Origin: a virus
Lineage: Duplodnaviria; Caudoviricetes
Virus record (IMG/VR): IMGVR_UViG_3300002835_000001
Coordinates: 96,001-160,000 of that record
Reading direction: 5' to 3' (one strand)
Length of the DNA: 64,000 bases
Part shown: one piece after another, positions 1 through 9,883 of the stretch
Numbering within the stretch: position 1 is the stretch's first letter
Layout of the letters: every line of letters begins with the position of its first letter
Made by a program: the position numbers and the translations under genes
The notes under the pieces: model-generated
What the model saw: the letters and a program-made list of their open reading frames with translations, nothing else
What the model was told of the DNA's origin: nothing
Databases searched by the model: none

Positions 1-43
1 TGTTGGTGATATTCTTTTTTATAAAATTATCATTTGTTATCAT
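1..43 (-). CDS. 5' start of a gene running off the window (MITNDNFIKKNITN...)
   Basis: ATG at 43-41 overlaps the TGA of the upstream gene (ATGA coupling); frame open to the window edge. Confidence 0.35.
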   Translation of the reverse strand, partial: MITNDNFIKKNITN

Positions 44-765
44 CTCATCCAATTTGGCCACAAATGTCGTGGTGTGTGTCTTCTACTTATACTTATCATC
101 TTACCTTCCAATAATTTGTACAATTTAATGTCTCTTTGTATTTCTATATTTGCAGACTTACAACTTATCTGTATTGATATTCCTTCACCAGCACCGCTTA
201 TTTCTTTTTTCAAAGGTAAGTCTGAATATTCTTTTACTACTTGTAATTTCTCATAATAGTGATAAAATGAATTTACATCAAACCCATCTTTGTTTATTAT
301 CAAGAAATATTCCCACATTGTTTCAAAATTAAAAAATGGTGGATATAATTTAGATGCATAATCAACATATGTTTTCCATTCAGGATTGGTTTCATTTACT
401 AAATCTTTTACAATACCTTTTTTTGCACTATGATTCAATAAGGTATCAATATATGATACACCTTTATTAAAACTATATGTTTTTAATGATTCTAAAAATG
501 AATAATCTGTGACGTGTGTGTCCGCATCAAGTAAAATGCAAATATCATGATTTTTTAAGATGTATTTTGGTAATATCATCTTATCTGAATATGACTTTAA
601 GTGTCTATCATATTGGATTACAGTTACTTCTGTAAATTCTTCAGGTTTATCTGTTAAAACGTATACCGATAAACCCACCTTCAATAATTCTTTGATTTTT
701 TCTTTGGCTCCTTTATAATAATAGTCTTCACCAAAACAAAATATTCCAAATCCTATGTTGTTCAT
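40..765 (-). CDS. Putative GT-A fold glycosyltransferase-like protein
   Basis: 241 aa; N-terminal beta-strand, VYVLTD and a DxD motif (ILLDAD) at the spacing typical of GT-A enzymes. Confidence 0.5.
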   Translation of the reverse strand: MNNIGFGIFCFGEDYYYKGAKEKIKELLKVGLSVYVLTDKPEEFTEVTVIQYDRHLKSYSDKMILPKYILKNHDICILLDADTHVTDYSFLESLKTYSFNKGVSYIDTLLNHSAKKGIVKDLVNETNPEWKTYVDYASKLYPPFFNFETMWEYFLIINKDGFDVNSFYHYYEKLQVVKEYSDLPLKKEISGAGEGISIQISCKSANIEIQRDIKLYKLLEGKMISISRRHTPRHLWPNWMR

Positions 766-773
766 AGGTAAAA

Positions 774-781
774 TATAAATA
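774..781 (-). promoter_or_regulatory. TATTTATA motif (putative phage late promoter)
   Basis: 8 nt upstream of ATG 765; same motif recurs before many genes. Confidence 0.5.
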
Positions 782-800
782 ATTTATATTAGAATGTAAA

Positions 801-1385
801 TTACATAGCACCTAAAAACATTCCCGTAAATAAAAAGTAATCTGAGTAGAATCTACCAACACCCCCACCAAAATATGGTCGAACGCTAACATAATCACCT
901 ATACCTAAATAAATGATACCATGTGTATGAATACCATCTACGTGATTCGCAACGGAACCATGACCATATATGTTTAATGGGGTATATCCTTCATTCCAAG
1001 AGTCTACACCATTTTTACCAAATCCAAAATGGATATATCCGGATGTTGAATTGTTATCATTGTGATAATATGCTTGTGCATAAAAATAATAATGACCAGC
1101 TAATGGTGCGGTGAATCTACCTGTTGAATTGCTAAAACCAGAACCAACTTGTGTTGAGGTATAACCCATTTGACTGCCAACTTCTCTCCACGCTGTTCCA
1201 CCAAAATTTGCGGAGTACATCCACGTAGCTACAGTTCCACGGGCATTAAAAGATGGTTGTCCCGATGCCCGTAGGTTTGTACCAACACTTAAATTACCAT
1301 TCAAGGATACTCCCGTATCAAACGCACCTGAGTTTTGATTTATTGTTGATTCAGAATATGTTGTATCTCCTACGTATATTGCCAT
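801..1385 (-). CDS. C1q-like domain adhesin / receptor-binding protein
   Basis: FNARG...FSNSTGRFTAPLAGHYYF...YLGIGDYVSV...FTG pattern of the C1q/TNF-like jelly roll. Confidence 0.8.
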   Translation of the reverse strand: MAIYVGDTTYSESTINQNSGAFDTGVSLNGNLSVGTNLRASGQPSFNARGTVATWMYSANFGGTAWREVGSQMGYTSTQVGSGFSNSTGRFTAPLAGHYYFYAQAYYHNDNNSTSGYIHFGFGKNGVDSWNEGYTPLNIYGHGSVANHVDGIHTHGIIYLGIGDYVSVRPYFGGGVGRFYSDYFLFTGMFLGAM

Positions 1386-1388
1386 AAT

Positions 1389-1973
1389 TTAACCTATTAA
1401 ATATCCACAAAATAATGTATAACTACCATAAAGTTTACCAATTGTACCACCCCAACAAGGAATCACGCTAGCGTAATCCCCAACGCCTAAATTCATTATT
1501 GCCGATACATTTATACCATCTGAGTGATTAACTAATTCCCCATGACCATAAATATTATATGGTGTTTGACCATTATTCCAACTCACATTACCATTTAATG
1601 CCAATTGATAATGAACATACCCCGATGTACTATTGCTATCAATATAATAGTATGTTGAGGAGTGAAAATAATACTTCCCCGCAACTGGCGCTGTGTATCT
1701 ACCAGTAGATGTGCTGAATCCATATGATCCAGCACCTTGTTGAGATACTCCCCAACCTACGGGACTCCCCAATTCTCTACATCCTGTTCCACCAAACGAC
1801 GACCCATAAATCCAAGCACCACTTCCATTTGCATTAAATGCCGGTTGAACACCAATCGTTGTTGAATAAGCCGAGGGTGATGGTTGAACCAAATTACCGG
1901 TCAACGCTAACGCACCACTGGCTCCAGCTATTGTATTGTTACTATATGTTGCTCCTCCTAAATAAATTGGCAT
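1389..1973 (-). CDS. C1q-like domain adhesin / receptor-binding protein
   Basis: PAFNANG...FSTSTGRYTAPVAGKYYF...LGVGDYASV...FCGYLIG; paralog of 801..1385. Confidence 0.8.
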   Translation of the reverse strand: MPIYLGGATYSNNTIAGASGALALTGNLVQPSPSAYSTTIGVQPAFNANGSGAWIYGSSFGGTGCRELGSPVGWGVSQQGAGSYGFSTSTGRYTAPVAGKYYFHSSTYYYIDSNSTSGYVHYQLALNGNVSWNNGQTPYNIYGHGELVNHSDGINVSAIMNLGVGDYASVIPCWGGTIGKLYGSYTLFCGYLIG

Positions 1974-2263
1974 TATAAAAAGGGATCAGGTGATGGGTTT
2001 ATCATGTCACCATACACATCTGGTTGTACTTGACTTCTTTCTTCAGCTGAAACAATGTTTGATGCCATAACAATTTCTTCTTTTGACCCAGATATTGTTT
2101 CACCCGCAGCTAATTTTCTTGTTATCTCATTACTTACAATTTCATCAATTGCAGATTCACATCTTGCAAATACAAAATTTTCAAACCAATCTTGTGGATC
2201 TACTGCAACCCATCTTAATGCTTTCTCTTGTGCTTCTGTTAATGTTACTGTGTACTGTGCCAT
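1973..2263 (-). CDS. Small acidic companion protein in the C1q cassette (possible assembly chaperone)
   Basis: 96 aa, translationally coupled to 1389..1973; function inferred from context only. Confidence 0.6.
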   Translation of the reverse strand: MAQYTVTLTEAQEKALRWVAVDPQDWFENFVFARCESAIDEIVSNEITRKLAAGETISGSKEEIVMASNIVSAEERSQVQPDVYGDMINPSPDPFL

Positions 2264-2276
2264 ATTTTTTGTTTTT

Positions 2277-2284
2277 TATAAATA
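2277..2284 (-). promoter_or_regulatory. TATTTATA motif
   Basis: 13 nt upstream of ATG 2263. Confidence 0.45.
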
Positions 2285-2294
2285 TAATTAATTT

Positions 2295-2888
2295 TTAACC
2301 AATTTTCCACCCCCAAAATCCTGTGTGTGCTCCATAAAGTCTAGTTGTATTTGCATTAATATAAACTCTAATGTCAACATAGTCACCCGCGGCTAATGAC
2401 ATAACTCCCGATACACAAATACCATCAGGATAATTTCCGGCAGCGCCATGTGTATAAATTGTATATGGTGTTTGACCATTATTCCAACCTAATCCACCAT
2501 TTTTTGCAAATTGTGGGTGAATATAACCGGCACCAGTGTTGTATGGTGAGGAAAGATCGTTCAACATATAAAGATTCATCATAAAATGATAATAACCCGC
2601 AGATGGTGCTGTGAATCTACCTGTTGATGTACTAAAATTACCTGTTCTATCTGTTGTTACCCATGCAATTCTTGAATCTAATATATTCCACTGTGCCGCA
2701 CCGTTCCAACCAGAATCGTTTGGGTACCTCCACGCATTTAATGATCCGTTTGCTCTAAATATTGGGTTGTTAATACCTCTTCTATGCCAACCACTAATTG
2801 CTAATGATGTGCTTGGTAATGACAATGTACCAGATGCTGGCGTAATTGTTTTGTCCCCAAATATTGTACCTTCTACATTTAATGGCAT
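2295..2888 (-). CDS. C1q-like domain adhesin / receptor-binding protein
   Basis: PIFRANG...FSTSTGRFTAPSAGYYHF...LAAGDYVDI...FWGWKIG; third paralog. Confidence 0.8.
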   Translation of the reverse strand: MPLNVEGTIFGDKTITPASGTLSLPSTSLAISGWHRRGINNPIFRANGSLNAWRYPNDSGWNGAAQWNILDSRIAWVTTDRTGNFSTSTGRFTAPSAGYYHFMMNLYMLNDLSSPYNTGAGYIHPQFAKNGGLGWNNGQTPYTIYTHGAAGNYPDGICVSGVMSLAAGDYVDIRVYINANTTRLYGAHTGFWGWKIG

Positions 2889-2889
2889 A

Positions 2890-5800
2890 CTATATTTTTT
2901 CTAAAACAATTTTAAATTTTTCTCCGTTATTATTGTTAATAATATACAGATTTTCTACACCTTCCTGTATAGTCCACGTACCTTTTGTTCCATCAATATC
3001 ATTTCCTTCAGGTTTATTCATGTTACTTAAGTGCAAGTCATTCGTATAAACGTTAGCCCAACCGAGTGATGCTGAACCTAAATTATATGAGTTATTTGAA
3101 CTTGGTAATAGGTTAGTGTGTGACCTAACATTACTGTCACTAGTACCTATAGAAAATAAGACAGTTCCCAAATCTTCTGAATCATAAAATCGGATACCAC
3201 CATATGATGATTGTGCACCCATGCGGATACCTGTATGCCACCTCAAATCTAATTTAGCATGATTACCTCCAAAGTTTTCCTTATTAGTACCTATGTAATA
3301 ATTAGTAATCGCATCAGTATCACCACCACCAAAAAATAATCTTGTGGAATCGACTGAACTATGTGCATTATTTGAATAGTTTCCACCTATAACCAAATAT
3401 CCACTTGTAACGGCATTACTTGATAGGGTTCCAGTACTACCGGCAGTTGTTGCACTTGTTGCGGTTGCGGCATTACCATCAATACTAACACCTGTTAATG
3501 TTTGTGAGGAACTTGCCCTACCTAATGATATTGATGTTGTACCAACGTGGAAAGATGAGTTGGCTAAATTGGCATTTGCAATTGCTGTACCGTTCCAAGT
3601 ACCACTTGTAATTGTACCAACTGTTGTAATAGCTAATGCATTTATTCTTGCTAAGGTTTCATCACCGGTGTTTGTTCCTGAAGATGCTCCACTATAGTTT
3701 GATGATGCAAATGTTCCAGCAATTTGCATATTACCAGATGTTGCGTTTAACGAAGCAATTGGTGCGGTACTTAATCTACCCCAAGTAAATCCTCTACCGG
3801 GGTCCGCATCATTCATTTGTGTTTTAATAGAATAATCTGTAACTGTACCATACTGATACAATGAAGAGTTACCCATACTGATTTTATATGCGTCTGAGTC
3901 CCAAAATTTAATTCCATTTCCATTACCCGCCGTTACGTTATAAAAACTATTTGAATTACTACCGTTTGGTGCGGTTGTTGCTGTAGCGGCATTACCATCA
4001 ATCGATACTCCAGTTAATGTTTGTGATGCACTTGCTCTACCTAAAGATATTGATGTTGTACCAACATGAAACGATGAGTTTGCTAAATTAGCATTTGCAA
4101 TTGCTGTACCATTCCAAGTACCACTTGTAATTGTACCAACTGTGGTGATTGCTAAAGCATTTATTCTTGCTAAGGTTTCATCACCGGTGTTTGTGCCACT
4201 TAGGTTTAGTAAAGAGGATACACTAGCAAGTGAAACAGGTGCGTAAGTACCATTACCAGTTGTACCAAAAAGCCATCCCACACCACTTGATATAGCAGTT
4301 GAACTAAAATTAGCATATCCCGCACCAGTACCCCATTGAGTAGCATAAGCAGCAGTACCATCAATACTAACTCCTGTTAACGTTTGTGATGCACTTGCCC
4401 GACCTAATGATATTGACGTTGTTCCAACGTGGAACGATGAATTTGTTAATTGTGCATTACCGATTCCTGTAACTTGTGCTGATCCGGAAAAAACACCGAC
4501 AGCATTTAATCTTGTTAATATACCTGACGCATAGTTTGTGGTTGCAGTTAAATCAATTTGTGCTGACCCTGATACAACAGATATACCATTAAAGAATGAA
4601 CCTGAATGTATTGTTGTTCCGTTTAATACTTGTGCACTACCTGAAACTGTACCTGAAGGTAAATTAGCTATTGTTTGTGCCGAACTTGAAACAATACCAC
4701 TTGGTATGTTACTTAATCCTGTGTATGATATTTGAGATGAACCAGATATAACCCCTTCGGTATTTAATTCTTTTTTAACCCCATCTAAGAAATGTACGGA
4801 ACCAGTATCTAATGTAAGTGTCCGTGTTGTTGAGATATCACCACCTCCACTTAAACCATTACCCGCACTAATTGATACGGCTGTATGATCAATATGTCTA
4901 TTTGCAACATATCCTGTTGTTGAGTCGTGTGCAATTTGAGATGAACCAGAAACTAGTGTAGGTTTATTTGCGACGTTAGAATATTCAACATACGATGCTG
5001 TTGCTGCGGTGCCTAATAAATTAGTTCCAACACCATTTGCCAATGTTGAAATATCGAGGAAGGCACCTCTTGCATTACCACCTTGTTCAAAAAATCTCAA
5101 TCTATTTTGCCAAACATCTATTGTTACACCATCACCCGCAAGTGTTGTGTTGGTTATTGCTTTACCTAATAATATTTCACCACCCTCGTCTCCACCAGCA
5201 GCATTTACTGTTAATTTATTACCACCAGCAACAATTAATGAACCTGTAATTTCAGTATTATTATTTAGACTAATTTTACTTCCATTATCAAAAATACTTG
5301 AAGTGGTTAAATGGTGTCCGTGTCCATTGTCCTCAACCTTGGTTAAAAAATTCCCAACTAGTGTTTGTGTGTTATCGATACCTGTACCTAACGGCCCATA
5401 TAATAAAATACTTGCGTCATCGGTTCCAACATCTGAATGTTGGAATTTCCAATTGTTTGTTAGTGAGTCATAAAACAAGGACGCAGTGACGTTTGTTGAC
5501 CCAGAATCAAAAACGGAAATACCCGCATATCTAATTGCAGGTGTGTCCGAATTTAGTATAATTTTATTCGTACCAATACTAACGGCTGATGCTGTTATAT
5601 TTTCTAAAGATGATGAACCTTGTACAATTAAGTTTTGAGAGATATAAAGTGAACCTGTTATCGTTTGAGTACCCTGAAATATATTTGAACCGGTTGTTGC
5701 ATAGCTACCAGTTTTAGATTCAATTGAATCTACCCGATTTTTTATTCCAAGAGTTGTGGTTGCAATACTAGAACTTAAACCACTTGTTGTTGTTGCAATA

Positions 5801-7776
5801 GAGGAAGATAAACTTCCAATACTAGAACTTAAACCAGATGTTGTTGTTGCAATAGAACTAGACAAACCCCCAATTGAAGATGTTAACGATGAACTTAAAC
5901 TTGTTATGGTACTTGTTAATCCTGATGTTGTTGTAGCAACACTAGAACTCAACTCCACAATACTTGTTGAAACAGAAGAACTAAAAGTTAAATAACCTGT
6001 TGTTCCTGTTATAATAACTTGAACCGAACCAGATATGATTGATTCGCTATCTAATTTGTTTTTAATAGTAGTATTAATTGAACTACTAAATGTATTTAAA
6101 CTACTTGTTGTTGTTTCAATAGAATCTATCCGATTTTTTGCTCCGATGGTTGTGGTTGCTATTGAACTTGAAAGAAACCCAATAGAAGAACTTAATCCTG
6201 ATGTTGTTGTTGCAATACTTGAAGATAAACCCCCAATACTTGTAGATACCGATGAACTTAACGAACTAATTGTTGAATTAATTGAACTTGATATACTTCC
6301 AATACTACTTGTTAAAGAAGAACTTAAACTTGTAATTGTACTTGTCAGTCCACTTGTTGTGGTTGCAATTGAAGAAGATAAATTTCCTACACTAGAACTT
6401 AAACCAGATGTTGTAGTTGCTACCGATGACGATAAAGAACCAATACTAGAACTTAAACCACTTGTTGTTGTTGCGATAGATGAACTTAATCCTGATGTGG
6501 TGGTTGCAACTGATGATGATAAACTTCCAATAGAAGAACTAAGTCCACTAGTTGTTGTTGCCAATGAACTTGATAAAGAACCAATTGAGGATGTCAATGA
6601 TGAACTCACACTTGTTATGGTACTTGTTAATCCTGATGTTGTTGTTGCAATACTTGAACTTAATGAACCAATACTAGAACTTAATCCTGATGTTGTTGTT
6701 GCAATACTTGAACTTAATGATGTATTTCCACCTAATAATGAACCAATACTTGTAGATACTGAAGAACTAAATGATTGTAAATCAATTCCGTCAACATTAC
6801 CTGTTAAATCTATTGAACCACTAACAATTACTGTATCACCAAAAACTATGTTGGTTCCACCTGATGAAGTTATTTTAAAACCATCTTGTATTTGTGTTGT
6901 TCCCTTTATTGATATAAGACCATTTGTTGGGTCAAATAATATATCCCCACCGCCCGATGATTTTAATTCGATGTCACCATCGGCAGATTGTAATATAATT
7001 GAATCCGAACCAGCTTCTAATATTTTAATTGATTGACCTGTGTCAGTTGTAATTGTAAGTTCCTGTGAGGTACTTCCCAATACTTTGGTACCGTCAATAT
7101 ATAATGACCCTGAAGAAATGTAAACGTCTCTCCATTGATGTGTCGTACTACCTAAATCGTATGTATTATCTACTGATGGTATAATCGAACCAGATATGGT
7201 TTGACTACCTTTAAATAAGTTACTACCAGTCGTTGCGTAATTACTTTCAATCGTTGTTAATCTATTACTTTGTGAAACATCTGTTAAAGCAATTGATGAA
7301 CTTAATAATCCTAATGAACTTGATATTGAACTTGATATTGACGATGTATATGATTGAAATGTTGTTTCATCTAATTTACCTACTCCGACCGCAATACCAT
7401 TCAATGATAAGGTTCCTGCAATTGCTACCGAACCTGTAAATTGATGTACATCGTTGTTATCGTTACCAAACATAGATGAACCACTAGCGAAACTTGTAGT
7501 CATATAAGTTACCGATGAACTTACAATATAGTTGGTTGCAATAATTGACCCTGTAACGGATAAATCACCTTGAATTTGGGTATTTTTATTAACGGTAAAA
7601 CCCGTTGATGAAATTGATGCTGTGGCGTTTCCGCTTGCTATTTGTGATAGGTTTAGACCTGTAACACCTGATGCCGGAAGGTTATATAAACTTCCACCAT
7701 CCCCTTTAAATGAACCTGTAAATAGGGAAGCTGTTATTGAGCCTGAAACCGAGGCGATTGAACCGTAAAATTCCAT
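2890..7776 (-). CDS. Long tail fibre protein (Ser/Thr-rich shaft, shared C-terminal domain)
   Basis: 1628 aa; SSSIATTTSGL repeats, beta-repeat shaft, C-terminus YTNDLHLSN...WTIQEG.ENLYIIN shared with two other fibres. Confidence 0.8.
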   Translation of the reverse strand: MEFYGSIASVSGSITASLFTGSFKGDGGSLYNLPASGVTGLNLSQIASGNATASISSTGFTVNKNTQIQGDLSVTGSIIATNYIVSSSVTYMTTSFASGSSMFGNDNNDVHQFTGSVAIAGTLSLNGIAVGVGKLDETTFQSYTSSISSSISSSLGLLSSSIALTDVSQSNRLTTIESNYATTGSNLFKGSQTISGSIIPSVDNTYDLGSTTHQWRDVYISSGSLYIDGTKVLGSTSQELTITTDTGQSIKILEAGSDSIILQSADGDIELKSSGGGDILFDPTNGLISIKGTTQIQDGFKITSSGGTNIVFGDTVIVSGSIDLTGNVDGIDLQSFSSSVSTSIGSLLGGNTSLSSSIATTTSGLSSSIGSLSSSIATTTSGLTSTITSVSSSLTSSIGSLSSSLATTTSGLSSSIGSLSSSVATTTSGLSSSIATTTSGLSSSIGSLSSSVATTTSGLSSSVGNLSSSIATTTSGLTSTITSLSSSLTSSIGSISSSINSTISSLSSSVSTSIGGLSSSIATTTSGLSSSIGFLSSSIATTTIGAKNRIDSIETTTSSLNTFSSSINTTIKNKLDSESIISGSVQVIITGTTGYLTFSSSVSTSIVELSSSVATTTSGLTSTITSLSSSLTSSIGGLSSSIATTTSGLSSSIGSLSSSIATTTSGLSSSIATTTLGIKNRVDSIESKTGSYATTGSNIFQGTQTITGSLYISQNLIVQGSSSLENITASAVSIGTNKIILNSDTPAIRYAGISVFDSGSTNVTASLFYDSLTNNWKFQHSDVGTDDASILLYGPLGTGIDNTQTLVGNFLTKVEDNGHGHHLTTSSIFDNGSKISLNNNTEITGSLIVAGGNKLTVNAAGGDEGGEILLGKAITNTTLAGDGVTIDVWQNRLRFFEQGGNARGAFLDISTLANGVGTNLLGTAATASYVEYSNVANKPTLVSGSSQIAHDSTTGYVANRHIDHTAVSISAGNGLSGGGDISTTRTLTLDTGSVHFLDGVKKELNTEGVISGSSQISYTGLSNIPSGIVSSSAQTIANLPSGTVSGSAQVLNGTTIHSGSFFNGISVVSGSAQIDLTATTNYASGILTRLNAVGVFSGSAQVTGIGNAQLTNSSFHVGTTSISLGRASASQTLTGVSIDGTAAYATQWGTGAGYANFSSTAISSGVGWLFGTTGNGTYAPVSLASVSSLLNLSGTNTGDETLARINALAITTVGTITSGTWNGTAIANANLANSSFHVGTTSISLGRASASQTLTGVSIDGNAATATTAPNGSNSNSFYNVTAGNGNGIKFWDSDAYKISMGNSSLYQYGTVTDYSIKTQMNDADPGRGFTWGRLSTAPIASLNATSGNMQIAGTFASSNYSGASSGTNTGDETLARINALAITTVGTITSGTWNGTAIANANLANSSFHVGTTSISLGRASSSQTLTGVSIDGNAATATSATTAGSTGTLSSNAVTSGYLVIGGNYSNNAHSSVDSTRLFFGGGDTDAITNYYIGTNKENFGGNHAKLDLRWHTGIRMGAQSSYGGIRFYDSEDLGTVLFSIGTSDSNVRSHTNLLPSSNNSYNLGSASLGWANVYTNDLHLSNMNKPEGNDIDGTKGTWTIQEGVENLYIINNNNGEKFKIVLEKI
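3461..4195. repeat. Internal direct repeat of ~215 nt (3461-3676 and 3980-4195), plus a partial third copy at ~4352-4455
   Basis: Both copies encode GTNTGDETLARINALAITTVGTITSGTWNGTAIANANLANSSFHVGTTSISLGRAS(S/A)SQTLTGVSIDGNAATAT; offset 519 nt. Confidence 0.9.
4838..4955. repeat. 118-nt segment repeated at 12661..12778 in another fibre gene
   Basis: Both encode LVSGSSQIAHDSTTGYVANRHIDHT(A/S)VSISAGNGLSGGGD with few nucleotide differences. Confidence 0.9.
5690..6730. repeat. Degenerate tandem Ser/Thr repeats (SSSIGSL / SSSIATTTSGL)
   Basis: Seen directly in DNA (recurring ccaatactagaacttaa.cc.gatgttgt) and in the protein. Confidence 0.85.
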
Positions 7777-7792
7777 TAATTTATAGTTTAAC

Positions 7793-7800
7793 TATAAATA
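7793..7800 (-). promoter_or_regulatory. TATTTATA motif
   Basis: aagTATTTATAg, 16 nt upstream of fibre ATG 7776. Confidence 0.55.
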
Positions 7801-7834
7801 CTTAGGGAATGGGTTATGTAGAAAAAAAATTCAA

Positions 7835-8224
7835 TTAGGGAACCATTTGGGGTGGAACATTATCAACATCAGGTACTGGTAGAATTTCCGTTCTCCACAA
7901 TTGATTTTCTTCGTCCCAAATATGTACCTTACCCTCTTCTTGTTCAGGAGATTCGATAGGTGCAATCCAAATTTGATTAACCGTATCTAAAGACCATGAA
8001 TTATATGGTTTGGGTGGTAAAAAGATATCTAATTCAGGTAGATACCAATACCCAATTGCTGCATATATTTTTCTTATATTACCATTATACGATGTTTGAA
8101 TCCATGTCCCACCTAATTGTAAATCATTGGATAAATAATCATTTCCTCTATGTTGTTGTTCGTCAGGAACAACTAAAATATCAACAACTACGTTGTTAGA
8201 ATCAATTCGTGCAAAATGTGCCAT
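7835..8224 (-). CDS. Small companion protein downstream of the Gly-rich adhesin (tail-fibre-assembly-like)
   Basis: 129 aa MAHFARIDSNNVVVDILVV...WIQTSYN...FLPPKPYNSW...W.API..P...WDEENQ.W; coupled to 8226..9869. Confidence 0.6.
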   Translation of the reverse strand: MAHFARIDSNNVVVDILVVPDEQQHRGNDYLSNDLQLGGTWIQTSYNGNIRKIYAAIGYWYLPELDIFLPPKPYNSWSLDTVNQIWIAPIESPEQEEGKVHIWDEENQLWRTEILPVPDVDNVPPQMVP

Positions 8225-8225
8225 A

Positions 8226-9869
8226 TTATGTGTATTTGTATCTTATTATTACTATTCCACTTCCGCCGTCTCCACCTTTATTTGTTGCATTATAGTGTGC
8301 ACCACCGCCGCCACCTCCACCACTATTTGTGCCTCCGTTGCCACCTGGAGTATTAGCCCATGTACAACACGCACCTCCACCACCTGCAGCACCTACACCA
8401 ACCGATTGTCCACCACCTAGTGCAGTACCTAAAGCACCACCGCCACCACCGCCAATACCACCATATCCACCTGTTGATAGTGAATAACTACCTCCACCAC
8501 CTCCACCACCAAAGTAAAATGGTTTACCTAAAATTCCTGTAAATTTACCCGCACCACCATTGGGTTGGTTGTTTCCATCAGCTCCCGCCGCTCCCGCTCC
8601 ACCACCTCCACCGGAGTAATATGCGTTACCTTGAAAACCCCCTCTGAATCCTTGACCGGAAGTACCCGCACCTGAACCATATGTTCCTGGAGCCACAAAA
8701 TCGTTATTATAACCTGCGGACCCACCGCCTGAACCTCCTGAGTTACCAAAATGTATACCTAACCCTTGTGTGTTATATGATACACCGCCCCAACCACCAC
8801 CTATAGCAGTTAAACCATTAAATGATGAATTACCTCCATTACCACCTGTTACCGTTGGGTGTCCTCCTGTTGTTCCAGCTGGCGCACCCGCACCACCTCC
8901 ACCAACAGTTATTACATATGAAGTTGGGGTTAAAATTGTTGTTCCTGTTAGAACACCTCCACCACCTCCACCACCACCCATATTTGTTCCACCTCCACCG
9001 CCACCAGCGGCAATTAGATATTCAACTTCTATTGAACCTGAACGAAGTGATGAAAGGGTAAACGTACCACTACTATTAAATCTATGTACTCTATATTCAC
9101 CAACAGTTGTGATAACACCACCTGTTGCAACTATTTTTTGTTGTTTAAGTGCTGCCCCTTCAACGGTTACTGTTGCCGATTCTAACTTTGCCTGTCTATT
9201 GTTTAATAGGTCAGATATTGTTGGTTCCGAACCATCACATAAGTCAACTCTTGGTTCAAAAAATTGTAATCTTGTTGTGTTATCACCACAATAGTAATGA
9301 TAAGTTCTATGATTAAGAGTTGTTGTACTAGGCCCGAATTTCATATCGTTACCTACGTTACATCCATTAATACCCGACACTTTACCACTACCTATAACCC
9401 ATCTACCTGTATCTGCGTGTTGATTTGAGACCGGATAAAAATGCGGAAAAACGTGACCAACAACTAAATACCATACATTTTGAGTAAAGGTACCGGTACC
9501 AACACAATCCCAATATGGGTTACATTCTTCACCACCATCTGATAATCTTATAACACATTGTCCACCACCATTTGTACCTAAGTAAAATGTTCCACCTGCA
9601 GAAGATGATGTTCGTTTAACCCAAACAGACATTCTATATAATTTTGTGTTATCAGCACTAAAAGAACTATGATTCCAACCACCATCGTCAGCAGCACTAC
9701 CATTCGCTCTTGTTTCCCATAAAACAGAACTATTACCAAAAGGGTCTGTGCCCATTACTCTTTCGTTTTCATCCGTACTACCATTTTGACTAAAAGAACC
9801 TATTCCACCTGAACCAGTTGTCCAAGAGTATGGATCTAAAATGTTTGTTTTCCTATAGAATATTGGCAT
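8226..9869 (-). CDS. Adhesin: N-terminal carbohydrate-binding-like beta domain plus C-terminal glycine-rich domain
   Basis: 547 aa; VEYLIAAGGGGGG...GGDGGSGIVIIRY is the typical phage Gly-rich domain. Confidence 0.75.
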   Translation of the reverse strand: MPIFYRKTNILDPYSWTTGSGGIGSFSQNGSTDENERVMGTDPFGNSSVLWETRANGSAADDGGWNHSSFSADNTKLYRMSVWVKRTSSSAGGTFYLGTNGGGQCVIRLSDGGEECNPYWDCVGTGTFTQNVWYLVVGHVFPHFYPVSNQHADTGRWVIGSGKVSGINGCNVGNDMKFGPSTTTLNHRTYHYYCGDNTTRLQFFEPRVDLCDGSEPTISDLLNNRQAKLESATVTVEGAALKQQKIVATGGVITTVGEYRVHRFNSSGTFTLSSLRSGSIEVEYLIAAGGGGGGTNMGGGGGGGGVLTGTTILTPTSYVITVGGGGAGAPAGTTGGHPTVTGGNGGNSSFNGLTAIGGGWGGVSYNTQGLGIHFGNSGGSGGGSAGYNNDFVAPGTYGSGAGTSGQGFRGGFQGNAYYSGGGGGAGAAGADGNNQPNGGAGKFTGILGKPFYFGGGGGGGSYSLSTGGYGGIGGGGGGALGTALGGGQSVGVGAAGGGGACCTWANTPGGNGGTNSGGGGGGGAHYNATNKGGDGGSGIVIIRYKYT

Positions 9870-9883
9870 ATAAATTAAATATT

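Noticed and set aside
801-2888. Diversity-generating retroelement acting on the C1q genes
   Set aside because: No reverse transcriptase in the window and no near-identical template/variable repeat pair; the paralogs differ at all base types, not only adenines
6035-7036. Long plus-strand ORF (333 aa); similar ones at 58805..59692, 8770..9294, 34686..35282 and others
   Set aside because: Antisense shadows of repetitive Ser/Thr, Pro/Thr or Gly-rich minus-strand genes; low-complexity V/E/L/P content and no upstream signals
7793-7800. T4-type late promoter TATAAATA on the plus strand
   Set aside because: It would point away from the genes; for the plus-strand gene at 41875 the motif is reversed, so the functional orientation is TATTTAT on the coding strand
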